Notes under the pieces: model-generated | What the model saw: the letters and a program-made list of their open reading frames with translations, nothing else | Told to the model about the DNA's origin: nothing | Databases searched by the model: none | Program-made: the position numbers and the translations under genes | Source of the DNA: Callorhinchus milii | Taxonomy: Eukaryota | Assembly (NCBI RefSeq): GCF_018977255.1 | Contig: NW_024704752.1 | Location: 17,174,001 to 17,238,000, forward strand | Length of the DNA: 64,000 bases | Reading direction: 5' to 3' | Shown: one piece after another, positions 1-10,785 of the stretch | Position numbering within the stretch: the stretch's first letter is position 1 | Layout: every line of letters begins with the position of its first letter

Positions 1-1295
1 ACAGAAAAGAGAAGGCGAAATGGAGCTACGCTGTTCCATCTTAAATAATTAAAAGGCTTATACACACGGCTAAGTGCTTTCAGTGCAAAAGCTTTTAGAC
101 CAAACCAAATAAATTAGTCGTGGCGTGGAAAGGTAGCACAAGTCTTTTCATAAGACGAACATTTTGTGGTTTGTCTATTCTCAGATGGCCAGATAATTGT
201 TTTCATTCCACAATAACCCTCTCTTCAATTCTACAGTGTTTTCTTGATGGTCGTTTTTTTTATTTGCTCCAATAATACCTTGCCAGGGCTGGGATAAGCT
301 TGATGTAGACAGAAGGCAGTTACGTAATCAAAACCCGAGGACCCACCCTGTCACCTATCGTTTTGTCCCCTGCGGTGACATGAAGCAGAGTGTTCCGCAG
401 TGCGCCTGTGCCTTGTTAATTGTGCAGCGTCTACAGCTCCTCAAGATTATAACGAGAATCTTCCTGGGTTTCCTGGCAGTTTTCCCAATGTTGCCCTGAT
501 TTGGCCGAATGTGTGACCACCCACACCAAAGCGATACGCTAAATCAATCCCCATCTTTTCTTGGGGTGCATCTCATTATTTCTACAGGAAAATAGCTTAA
601 CACAAGATTTTATTGCAACCTTAGCATCATTTTACAACCTGAGGTGCTTTTTTTTGGGTCGTCAGTCATTCCCAGACATTCCCACTGCTTTATTTCCAAC
701 AAGAGCTTTTCCAACCCCATTGTATGTAAGACCTGACAATCGGGTCTTGGTACAGCAGACAAGCACTTTCTCATCATTGGCATCTCATAGTAGCTGTTAA
801 TACCATTACGTTTTATGTGTTATTCATTGCTTGCAAACCCAAAAAAAAATCCGGTTCCTTCATCCAGCAATCAAGAGATGATCTTAAATTCTCCTCACTG
901 CAGCAGTCATCTTCAGTCAAGGAGAATTTCTGTCATAAAAATGCCAGTAAGTTGAAGGAAATCAGCTGGGTTGGAGCCAACAGGATACAACTGAGAAAGA
1001 GCCTGAGGGTGCCAGTAAACCTTTTGAGATGTGACATCTATGTGAAGCATGACACATTCCTACTGGCTGCATTGTCTCAGTCACCAGCCCCACATCCGGC
1101 TGTGAGTGTCGCTGTAAGACAGATGATGTCAGCGTCAACTAAAGACCTCTCAGGGGAGGGTGGTCCACAATATTGATAGCAAACACCTGCAGGAATGGTT
1201 GGCACAGCTTTGGAACCACCTGAATTGTTCCGAGGGCAAACTCACACCAGGCAATATCCCTTGGCCTCATCATTGCTGGGTATGTGGCACTTACA

Positions 1296-1620
1296 AATAA
1301 TAATAATAATAATAATCCTTGCATTTGATATAGCACTTTTCACGTCGGGAGGACGTCCCAAAGCGCTTCACAGAACACACTGTGAAGTGAATTGACTGTA
1401 TATTTGTGGGCGAAGCGACAGCCAATTGCGCACAGCAATGTCCCACAAACAGTCGTGGATTGAAAATGACCAATTTATTATTGTTTTTGGTTTTGGAGGG
1501 ATTATTATTAGGCTCTGTGTGGAGTAAGGAAACTTGCCCAAGGTTTCGCCCTCTGCCTGGGATTGAACTCAGGTCTCTCACTTGCAAAGCGAGTGCTCTA
1601 ACCACTGAGCTACAGGACTC
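1296..1620 (-). mobile_element. tRNA-Ala-derived SINE, head to tail, short central region, L2-type 3' end with (TTA)n tail
   Basis: Minus strand starts GAGTCCTGTAGCTCAGTGGTTAGAGCACTCGCTTTGCAAGTGAGAGACCTGAGTTCAATCCC (A box, TGC anticodon loop, B box). It ends TGTGAAGCGCTTTGGGACG...GCTATATCAAATGCAAGGATTATTATT. The 3' half recurs many times in the window. Confidence 0.92.
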
Positions 1621-2197
1621 CAATTTACACCCCATTTAGTTGTTTCTACTAGAACTTTTTAACAGACACAAACATCGCATAAGTCCACCATGTTTCCTTT
1701 GCAGCAATGACTGACCCCAACACCCTCTCCAAGCACCCTCCCCATCTTAACTTAGAGCTTTGTGTCTTCTTAGCATTTTTCTCATTAAAAAAAGAAGTCC
1801 ACTATAAAAGGCTCTTTGTGTCATCTGTCAGCCTACATTGTTCTCTGTCTGTCCCGTCTTTGCTGTTTTCCATCTATCACAGAAAGCGTAGATCTCTTAC
1901 TATGTCAGACGGTGTAATTTGCATTTTATTCCTCTGTAGCTGCCATTTGTTCATGTTTCCTTTTGCACAAAATGCTGTTAGCAGCCGGGAGGTCGGAGCC
2001 TTAGGGGAAATTGTAGCTTTACGCTGTGGCAGGGAATACGGCAACAACATCACCAAGTTAGGACCCACTTGCTGTTAATACCAGTCAGTAAAAAGGATTC
2101 TTATGCATAATGACACTGTAAACTCTGTATACTTCCCTTTAGCCTCTATGTCACAAGAAACATAAATAAAAATTTTGTCTCGGCGATACTGAGGCTT

Positions 2198-2497
2198 AAT
2201 AATAATTATCCTTGCTTTTGATATAGCGCCTTAGCACGTTGTTGAGACACCTCAAAGCGCTTCACAGGATTTACTGTAAAGCGGAGTGACTGTATTTTGT
2301 GGGCAAAACAGGTCAGCCATTTTCACATAGCAATGGAGCCATGGAGTGAGTGACCAATTTTACTTGGGGGATTGTTGGCCAGGATACCTGGTGAGAGAGA
2401 AACTCCCATCTCTTTTTGAATAGTGGCATGGGATCTTTAACATCCACCCGAACAAGCACATTGGGACCTCGGTATAAGGTCTCATCTGAAGGATGCA
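2198..2497 (-). mobile_element. Deu-domain SINE (SacSINE1/AmnSINE-like), 5'-truncated
   Basis: Minus strand has CAGATGAGACCTTATACCGAGGTCCC...GGATGTTAAAGATCCCATGCCACTATTCAAAAAGAG, matching the recalled Deu core, followed by the shared L2-type tail. Confidence 0.85.
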
Positions 2498-4297
2498 AAT
2501 CAAAGACTTTACAGTTTAGGCTTCGCTTTCTAATTTCATAAAATAGACAATAAAGACCTCTCACCACCTTTTCCTTTTGCCGCTATGATTATCATTGGGA
2601 AGCTCATTATACCGTACAGTTAGTTCTCAAACTTCTTTGGTACACTCTCTAAATTTCATAAACAATTAACAGGCAAATCTGCCAGTACCAGAACCGCAAA
2701 GTTATGTTTTTCAATTAATAATAAAAAGCCGGAGTGATTTTCCTTACACCTGTCAGCTCCGGTTAAAGGCAGCTCAGTGGAACAATAATATTCTTATGAC
2801 AGCGCTGAAATGATTAGTGTTGTGCAACAGGGCAAATGGGATATGGTTGTGAGCATCTGCCTGATGAAAAAAGAGGCAATGCAGATTAACACTTGGTGTG
2901 CTGGGAGCCATTAGCAATGAATTCTACTAAAGTGTACTTCCCTTTCATTCATCATTGCAGCAATTAGATTCCTGAAGCAGTAACCATTAAATCATCTGAA
3001 GAGAAGCTATACATTGTAGCTGGTTACTTCTGACTACCGTGTTGTCGACCGCAGTCAATGCTTGATGCAGCATTATTGGAGTTGCAACAAAATGTGGTAT
3101 AGCGTGTTTATTGCTCATCAAATAAAAACGTGCTTCAGAATAGTTTGCATCGCATCCCTGCTACGATTGAGATCGGTAGGTAACTGCCACATTGCAGTCC
3201 TGTACCAAAAGTCTCAATCCCTACGTTCTCCAGCGGAGAGCAGAGAATTTGCCTTGTGAAAAAGCGTAGGGGGTAAATCCATGTTGCAATAGGATACAGT
3301 GCTACATCAACATCAATACGTTGCACCACTTGGCCCAGTTATGTTTGTAAGGCTCCCGCAATAGCAACAACGTGCGCTTTTAAAAAAGGATTATTATATT
3401 GTCATTGCTTTTATTTCTGTCACCGACGTGCTTCTCTGTAAGTCATCAAAAAGATTAATAATGATGAATTAACATCTATGAATGATAATGATGGAATTGT
3501 TTCAGAAGATGAAATGTAATTGATCAACAGAAGCAAGCCCTTTGGGTATGATTTGTGATATTTCCCACTTGTCTTCATACATATTAATGCAGCAGAACTA
3601 ACATAAATTGATGCAGATGAAAGTTAGCGGGGAATGTTACTCTGGGAAAGGTACTTTTAATGTAAAATACTCTTCGCAGAAAGGTAAAAAAAAAAAAATG
3701 GGTTCAATTTATCTCTTCCTTGGAGGGAAATTTCCTCGTTTGTTCTGTCCATTAACAGCCTTATGAAAAGCTTGTTATTTTACGATTCCTCCCTTGTTTC
3801 GAGACAGCTGCCGCTCACACAAGCTGGGATCCCAGTATCTGAAACACCAAAGCTCCATTGGAGAAGGGCCTCGCGTTTCACTTGAGTTGTTTATAGAACG
3901 GAAAGGAAATTCTGATTTATTGTTTTGACCCAAATAGCTGTTATTTTTGATAGTTACACTTGGGATTTTTTTTTGCCCTGAATCTATGTTTAATGCAATG
4001 ATCCGGTGGTGTGTGATTGGCATTTCTCACTTTGATTCATTTGTACCCCTTCTACTGAGATATGCACTGTGTGAATTCCAATGGGTAGTGTCCCAGAACA
4101 CATGTGGCATATGAAGCAGTACATGGATGTCTCCCGAGTTTTGTAAGAAACTAGAAGGCTAGAAGTTATGTGCAGCAACTATAATCAGCCTCGATAAAGA
4201 GGAGTGGCTCAGCGTGGGGCTCTTCTCTAACTCTCAAGCTTGCCAAATCTGTAACATAAATCTGAATCTGTAATAAAATATGAGCTTAGATATTCTG

Positions 4298-4720
4298 CTC
4301 CATGACTTCCCATCACACAGAGGATACAGTTCAAGATCCTGGTCCTCACCTTCAAAGCCCTCCACGGTCTTGCTCCCCCTACATCTCTGACCTCCTAACC
4401 CCCTACTATCCTGTTTGCTCCCTCCGCTTAGTGGGCTCCGTCTCCCGCCTCGCTCGCCCCACTATCGGAGGGCGGGCCTTCCGCCACTCTGCCCCCACTC
4501 TCTAGAACTCCATCCCGCAGTCCCTCTGTCTCGCCCCCTCTCTCGCCACCTTCAAGACCCACCTTAAGACCCTCCTCTTTGACCGTGCTTTTGATCTCCC
4601 TGCTTCTACCCCTGCCCTCCCCCCTCCCCCACCCTGACCCCCAGCTCTGTCTGTCCATCACTTTGGGCCATCCTCCTGACGTGAAAGGCGCTAAACAAAT
4701 GTAATTTTGTTGTTGTTATT
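4298..4720 (+). mobile_element. L2-clade LINE 3' fragment (ORF2 C-terminus, 3'UTR, (TTG)n tail), disrupted
   Basis: Translates LPITQRIQFKILVLTFKALHGLAP, frameshift, PYISDLLTPY...RPTIGGRAFRHSAPTL*NSIPQSLCLAPSLATFKTHLKTLLFDRAF, typical of the L2 ORF2 end. Terminates CCTGACGTGAAAGGCGCTAAACAAATGTAATTTTGTTGTTGTT. Confidence 0.93.
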
Positions 4721-5489
4721 GACTTTATGCCATGACTTTTATTTTGTCCTGGATTCTTTAGTCCATTCCTGCTGCCTTGGTGAAGAGTCCTACCCCATTT
4801 TGTTGGCTGATTTAAGCAGATCAACCTCCTCACCGACTTGGCATATGGTAGTAAGAGCGAGAAAAAAAAGCTCTTTCTGTTTAAAAATGTCTGCATAATT
4901 CATCAGACGGGTGATTTATATACTAAAATGTGACACGTCATGATCCTTTTAACATTCATTATATAAATCTGGTGATGACAGTTGCATGGTTCATTTACCA
5001 TTCTTCTGTACATGCATTCAACAGAACCAGCATCATAAAGTCTCCCTCTGAATCGAGAGAAATCATTAGTGAGTGGTATGTTAACTGCTATGAAAGGGAA
5101 GATGAGTTTCCTCTATTTCTTTCCTGAATTAATGCATGTTAAAGATTCAATTGCAATTGAGATCACGTCACCTTTTCCGTAATGAAACAATTATATTAAA
5201 ATTGCAACTTAGGCAGGCCAGCGAGGTACAATTAAGTAAACACAGTTCTGAATATATACAAAGAGCTAAACGTTGCCTTTACTCACTCTCAGGCCATTTT
5301 GCACATGAAGATAATGATGTGGTTATCAACTGTTCAAATGGAAACTCAAATGTAAGTTCTTCCTTTGATTTTAACTGACGGTGGTCTCATAGTATCTTTC
5401 TAAAGAGGTTTTTCTAAATGTCTTGTTTCAGTAGAAAGGTGGTAAATCCTTGTCCTATACTTACTCTGATTGTTTGCAAGTTAACAGCT

Positions 5490-5713
5490 AACTTTCTACA
5501 CTCACAGGTTGTGAAGATGTGGAATTCTCTCCCCAGAAAACTGTAGAGGCGGAATCAATAATGACATTCAAAAGAGAGAGACATCCACTTGGGTGGTCAA
5601 AGTATTAAAGGGGAGGGCAAAGAGAGGAGTATTGGGAGTAAAAAGGTCTACCAAAATCTAATGAACTTCTGGAACAGGCTAAACGGTCTTCTTCTGTTTT
5701 CCTATGTTCCTAT
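5490..5713 (+). mobile_element. CR1 LINE 3' fragment
   Basis: Translates VVKMWNSLP, frameshift, VEAESIMTFKRERDIHL (CR1 ORF2 C-terminal motif). Ends with the CR1-like terminus ...TTCCTATGTTCCTAT. Confidence 0.85.
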
Positions 5714-5847
5714 AACTAACCAAAGTCCAACACAAGTAAAAAGGACACTAGAGCAAATATTTGGAACCACCGTTAGTCTTCTTTGCATCGATATTTTAAT
5801 ATGGATACTTTTGGAATCCAAAAATAGAAAGGATGTATATTTTTGGG

Positions 5848-5949
5848 GGTCAGTTGGACGTCTGACACCTGCGGAAACCCATCACCATGCTTAAGAGTAT
5901 CCAGACCAAGCTGAGAATTCCATGCATCCCACCTTCATGTGGAAATCCC
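5848..5949. repeat. Unclassified interspersed repeat, copy A
   Basis: 5870-5934 matches 53364-53428 at 61 of 65 positions (TGCGGAAACCCATCACCATGCTTAAGAGTATCC...CTGAGAATTCCATGCATCCCACCT). Confidence 0.9.
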
Positions 5950-6476
5950 AGAGGATACAGTGTGGGACTCACACAAACAAAAAGCTGTAAAGTAACCTTT
6001 GTTATTTTAAGTCTCACTCGGAGTAATGCTGTGACTGTCAGATTGGTTGTTTATCCCCTGGCAGATTTGAATGAATCCTACCTTGAGGCTTGCTGTCTGG
6101 GTTACCCAAATTGTGTCTCGGAAGGCTGAAGCTGAGCTAATTGCGTTTTCAGCCGGAAGCCGTGCTTAAGTTACAAGAAATGTAAATTTTTAAAATGTTT
6201 GAGCTTTGGTCCTGACACCCTGATTGAAAACATCGCTGACAGCTGCACACGTGTGGGCACTGACTGGCATTTGTGAGTCCTGTCACTTACAATTATAACT
6301 GAATGACCAAAAAAAAGGGAGAACAAGCCCAATCTCGTGAAAGGAGAAACATGTCTGTAGTTTGTGCCTGACATAGGACTAGGCCATACAAGATCATAGG
6401 AGCCTGTGAAACAGAGGAGATTCTCAAGATGACATGTTGGCGCAGTGCACAATTACACATGATTAGATTTGATCAA

Positions 6477-6540
6477 GAACAACAACAATTTGCAGTTATA
6501 TAGCACCCTTCACGTGGGGTAGCATCCCGGAGTGTTTGGT
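6477..6540 (-). mobile_element. L2-type 3' tail fragment
   Basis: Plus strand AACAACAACAATTTGCAGTTATATAGCACCCTTCACGT is the reverse of the tail seen at 4680-4720. Confidence 0.75.
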
Positions 6541-6889
6541 CATTAAAGCATAGGGTGCTCTCAGCAATTTAAGTCTGAGGAAAGGTCGAGGTTGTTGGAC
6601 TTCTTTACAGTCAGGAAGAGATGATTTTGAGATAACCGAATATAAGTATTTCATTTGCAAAGAGAAAATTATAAAATTGACAAACGATAACAAGATCTAA
6701 GTGCATCTTCAAGGATTTATTTGAATTATGTAGTGAGCACTGTTCCAATGCTGTGTGAGTTGTTGTTTTGTACCTAGTACATGCTTGTATTAAGTCAGTA
6801 ATGACATGACACCTGAATTAGCAAGGCTCTAATTGCTTATCAAACGTGCTTGTGATTCTGTGAATGAAATAGGTTTTGTGGAAATTTGT

Positions 6890-7114
6890 GGTTCTGTTTA
6901 GTGCCTTTCTGAGTTGGACTTCAGAGACAGCATCAGGATTATTACACCTGGAAAAACAATCTGCCCATCGACTAACAACTGGGTTCTTACATACTGCTCG
7001 GTAAACAGGCATTTGGAGTAAGGAAAGTTGCCCAACATTTCGCCCTGTCCGGGAATGAAACGCAGGTCCTCTCGCTTGCGAGGCGAGTGCTCTAACCACA
7101 AAGCTATAGGACTC
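6890..7114 (-). mobile_element. tRNA-Ala(CGC)-headed SINE with central domain and a different 3' end
   Basis: Minus strand GAGTCCTATAGCTTTGTGGTTAGAGCACTCGCCTCGCAAGCGAG...TTTCCTTACTCCAAATGCCTGTTTACCGAGCAGTATGTAAGAACCCAGTTGTTAGT is colinear with 27535-27660. Confidence 0.85.
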
Positions 7115-7743
7115 TATTTGGACATGGAAGATTAGAGCATAGTGTAGGAATTTTCTTTGTTGTAACAGTAGTAGACTACACTAGTATTTCGAACGAGATT
7201 ACAATGTTGCATGCTCAAAGCCAGCTTCAGCCTTGTAAGTTTAATGATTGAAGCTAAACCACATTACAGTGACTGATAGCTCAATAGCTTTTTAAATGTT
7301 CTGATAGTTTATTATACAGATAAAACCTGGCAACTAAAAGGAACCCGCAGATAGTTGCATACAGAAGTTATCATAATCCTGAATTCCGAACCCATCTTTG
7401 GTAGATATCCGGAAAGCACATTAAGTTCCATTTCATAACCTGCTCTGTAATAAAGGTGAGTGAACGCTTGTTGGTAAAAAAACAAATGGATGAGAAGACG
7501 GAGGATTATTGTACTATTGTGCTGATCCACTGACATGTTGTTCTGTTTGCAACAATTTCATAACTTGAAGCAATGTTTTGCATTCCTTGCATATTTCCTA
7601 ATCTTTATGCTGAATCATCATCGTTTTGTGCAGAAACTACCTTCTACTGCAGAATGTGTTTGAAACTAATCCATCACTTCTCCTAAATCCAGGTGTACCT
7701 CTTTCAAACTTTCGGTGTTCCTAATTGTAGGTCGAGCTCCTTT

Positions 7744-7778
7744 GTTCATCTGTTAATTCGATAAATTAACAGATGAAC
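7744..7778. repeat. Perfect 15-bp inverted repeat with 5-nt loop
   Basis: GTTCATCTGTTAATT-CGATA-AATTAACAGATGAAC; the arms are exact reverse complements. Confidence 0.97.
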
Positions 7779-8233
7779 TACCCGATATTGTAATTTTGTG
7801 GCCGTAATCATTGACTGGGTCAGAAGATTTGTGTTCAGAAAGCCTCATGAACAGATATAGATTGTATCTTGAGCCGGATGGAATAAGCAGGTCTTGCATA
7901 TACAGCTGATCGTACACAGGAGTTGTTGTCATTATGCAATGATGCATTCATTTTTTAAATCAAGTAACAGAGGTTACCCAAGTCTCCTGAAATTCCAGAG
8001 GTTTAACTATTTTCCCAAGAACCAATGAGTTCTGTTGGACTACAGAATCATCCTTTCCCCAATCACCAAATAACTGTCGTCTACATGCAGTTATTTACCT
8101 AGCACATTACCACTTTCAGACGAGAATAGAAGGAAACAGGAGGGGGGAAGGGGAAAAAATAGAACCAGCAATTTGTTATTATTGTAACTTTTATACTGAA
8201 ATGTTTCTGCATCCTTAAAAAGTTAGGATCACC

Positions 8234-8277
8234 AACAGTCAGATTGTGATAAGGTAACAGTCAGATTGTGATAAGGT
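8234..8277. repeat. Perfect 22-bp tandem duplication
   Basis: AACAGTCAGATTGTGATAAGGT twice (8234-8255, 8256-8277). Confidence 0.97.
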
Positions 8278-10251
8278 AGTGATGAATGATCTAGGATAGG
8301 TTGTTGTTTTGCCTTCCAACCAAGTCATTGACTGAACATCAGTCAGTTTGTATAATAAAATGCAATGGTTGTAGAATGCCATGTCACTTACAGATCAAGA
8401 CAGACTTCCTAGCCTCTGTAGCCTCCGACTCTCATTCGTTGTGTTCACCATCAGCTAAAAACAAAACAAAGACCAAGCTATTTGGTCGTCTCGTATCACA
8501 AATCTGAAGTGTGATGAACGATCACCGATTCTGATAGAGGGCTCTTAATCCTGAATGATGCCAACACTCGGTTTCTTCATTTTAAGATTTTAATATGTAA
8601 TTTTTGGCACTTGCAATGATTTGTTGATATGAAGAAACAATTTCCTTAAACCATTGATTATTAAGAGCACCCTGTGTTCTGAAATTACTGCATGTTATTC
8701 CAGGTACAGCCATGAGCCATAGAGCTATATGTGCAACTGTTTTCTCTCACAATGTAGGCAGATGATCCTAAATGGCTTAACTTGTTGTTTGTTTCTCAAT
8801 GTTGTCCCTTGCACTTTAGCATGTGGGAAGAATGTCCATTTTTGCTCCTCACCCCCCGATGAGATTTCAGCATTAGAGTGCACTGGAAATAGATTTAAAT
8901 GGGCTCATTAATATTTATTCAGCATGAAATGGCACTTAATGCTCCTGAATAAAATAAGCAAGCTCGTATCCCGAGGTGCTGTGAAGCATAGTGCATCAGT
9001 GTGGGTGCCAATATCCTATTAATAAAACTCAACCTGAGCTTTTGTCAAACAACAGGATGTCTTTGCAAGCTTACAATCAACTCCTATCCAATTTTAGTAT
9101 TTAGCATCTAAACTTCAGACACAAAACTGATTATTAACATAATTATTGCTTCCATCAAAGGCCCCCAACGTTGTTTGAACAGGAGACAGCAGCATTAATA
9201 TAATTTTTTCTGATCAAACTACCGTCTGCAGAAGAATTCTACATCGCACTTTGTTTTCAAAGAATATTCTGACAAGACTAATGAATGCTATGAAGAATAT
9301 CACCGGTGCAAGCCATCAGTGAAGCCAGACATGAAACAAACTGGAAATCATTGGAATTTAAACTCGCAATAGTAAGTGAGCCTTACAAAGCAAGGTCAGA
9401 AATAAAGAGAAGGGTTCAGGCCAGTCAGTTTGTGCACACCATAAATGCTTTTACGACTTGACTTATTTCTCAGAAGGACCATAATTCCAACGTAAACATT
9501 TCAATGGCAATTGGAACAATTGTAAAACTTCAGCAAAAGGATAGAATTTCCCTCATTGACTGACTGAGGAGAAAATAATTTCCCATCTTTATATCCTGTG
9601 ATAACAGCATCGGTTTGATCTTATTTTCCTTGAAATCCTTGGGATATTTTGGATAATATACATTGTATTAAGGTACAATTTATAAACTATTCTTCCCCAC
9701 TTGGGGATTTCGGTCTCTTTGGCTGTTCCAAAACCAGCTGCCACCAAGTATAACTGATTAACATTGAGAATCTCTTTAGTGTTGAAGTACTGGGAAAGTG
9801 CTTGTGGTTCTGTTCTATGCTTGATCATTTCAGTAAGTAATGTTCAGTCCTAAATTCTTCAAGATCATTATCAAGTGGCTGACTGTGACGATGACATTAG
9901 TAACGGTTTTAACCTCAAGATTGCCCAGCGGGTCCGTTGCAACTCTTTTGTCAGGCAACCAGTTTTATTGTACATTTTCACCTTGTACGATGTAATACTG
10001 AAACGAGTGCTAACAGTACAGCATCTAATCAACTAAAATTACTGTAATATTAAGCCTAAAACATGAAAATGACAACAAAAAAGGGCACAATTTCGAATAA
10101 AAATAAATATTTAAAATTTATGTGTTCTGGCCCTGTTTCTCCTTCCATTTTCTCTTTTTTGCATATCTTCTCTTTCTCTCTATCTCTTCACTGTCGGACC
10201 TATGTAGCAAAATATTTTCAATCCATTTTACCTCTTTTCTAAAATTCATCT

Positions 10252-10417
10252 TGGCTGGCTCAGTTGGTTGAATACCGAATCTGGTACCGGAATGTTCTGG
10301 GTTTGAATTCTAATGGGACCACTCAGCTACTAAAATTAGTATGTATAAAATGATCCTCTGCAGGAAGACCTAAACATGACTGGTAAACATAAAGTGTTTA
10401 CCCAAATCATTATTATT
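10252..10417 (+). mobile_element. Probable short degenerate tRNA-derived SINE of another family
   Basis: A box TGGCTCAGTTGG (10256-10267) and B-box-like GTTTGAATTC (10301-10310). Ends AAAGTGTTTACCCAAATCATTATTATT. Confidence 0.5.
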
Positions 10418-10494
10418 GGTTGGGCCAACTAGTCTGGCTGATCAATAACACAGAGATATGTACTCACCTGGACATTAAATCCATAACAGGTTTG

Positions 10495-10652
10495 ATAATA
10501 ATAATAATAATAATCCTTGCATTTGATATAACGCTTTTCACGTCTTCTCGACGTCTCAAAGCGCTTCACAGAATGTGCTGTAAAGTGAATTGACTGTATA
10601 TTTGTGGGCAAAACACGGCAGCCAATTGCGCACAGCAGTGTCCCACAAACAT
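10495..10652 (-). mobile_element. SINE 3' half with (TTA)n tail
   Basis: Closely matches 1296-1452. Confidence 0.9.
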
Positions 10653-10725
10653 AATAAATAATAATAAAATAATAAATAATAATAAAGATAATAAAAGATA
10701 ATCATCCCGGCAGACAAATATATTG

Positions 10726-10785
10726 AACAACAACAAATTGCATTTGCATAGCACCTATCACATTGGGAGGATGTCCCAAGGCACT
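10726..10785 (-). mobile_element. L2-type 3' tail fragment
   Basis: AACAACAACAAATTGCATTTGCATAGCACCTATCACATTGGGAGGATGTCCCAAGGCAC. Confidence 0.8.

Noticed and set aside
1548-1620. tRNA-Ala gene
   Set aside because: It has A/B boxes and an anticodon arm but no clean acceptor stem, and it continues into a SINE body. It is a SINE head, as at 7040-7114, 20480-20548 and 27520-27580.
1195-1639. Overlapping ORFs with poly-Ile, poly-Tyr or poly-Leu runs
   Set aside because: These are translations of the SINE and its (TAA)n tail; similar peptides recur at other SINE copies.
5887-6129. ORF pair MLKSIQTKLRIPCIPP / MLKSIRTQLRIPCIPP (also 53363-53560) as a small protein family
   Set aside because: Similarity is confined to the shared DNA repeat, copy B is interrupted in this stretch, and the downstream peptides are unrelated.
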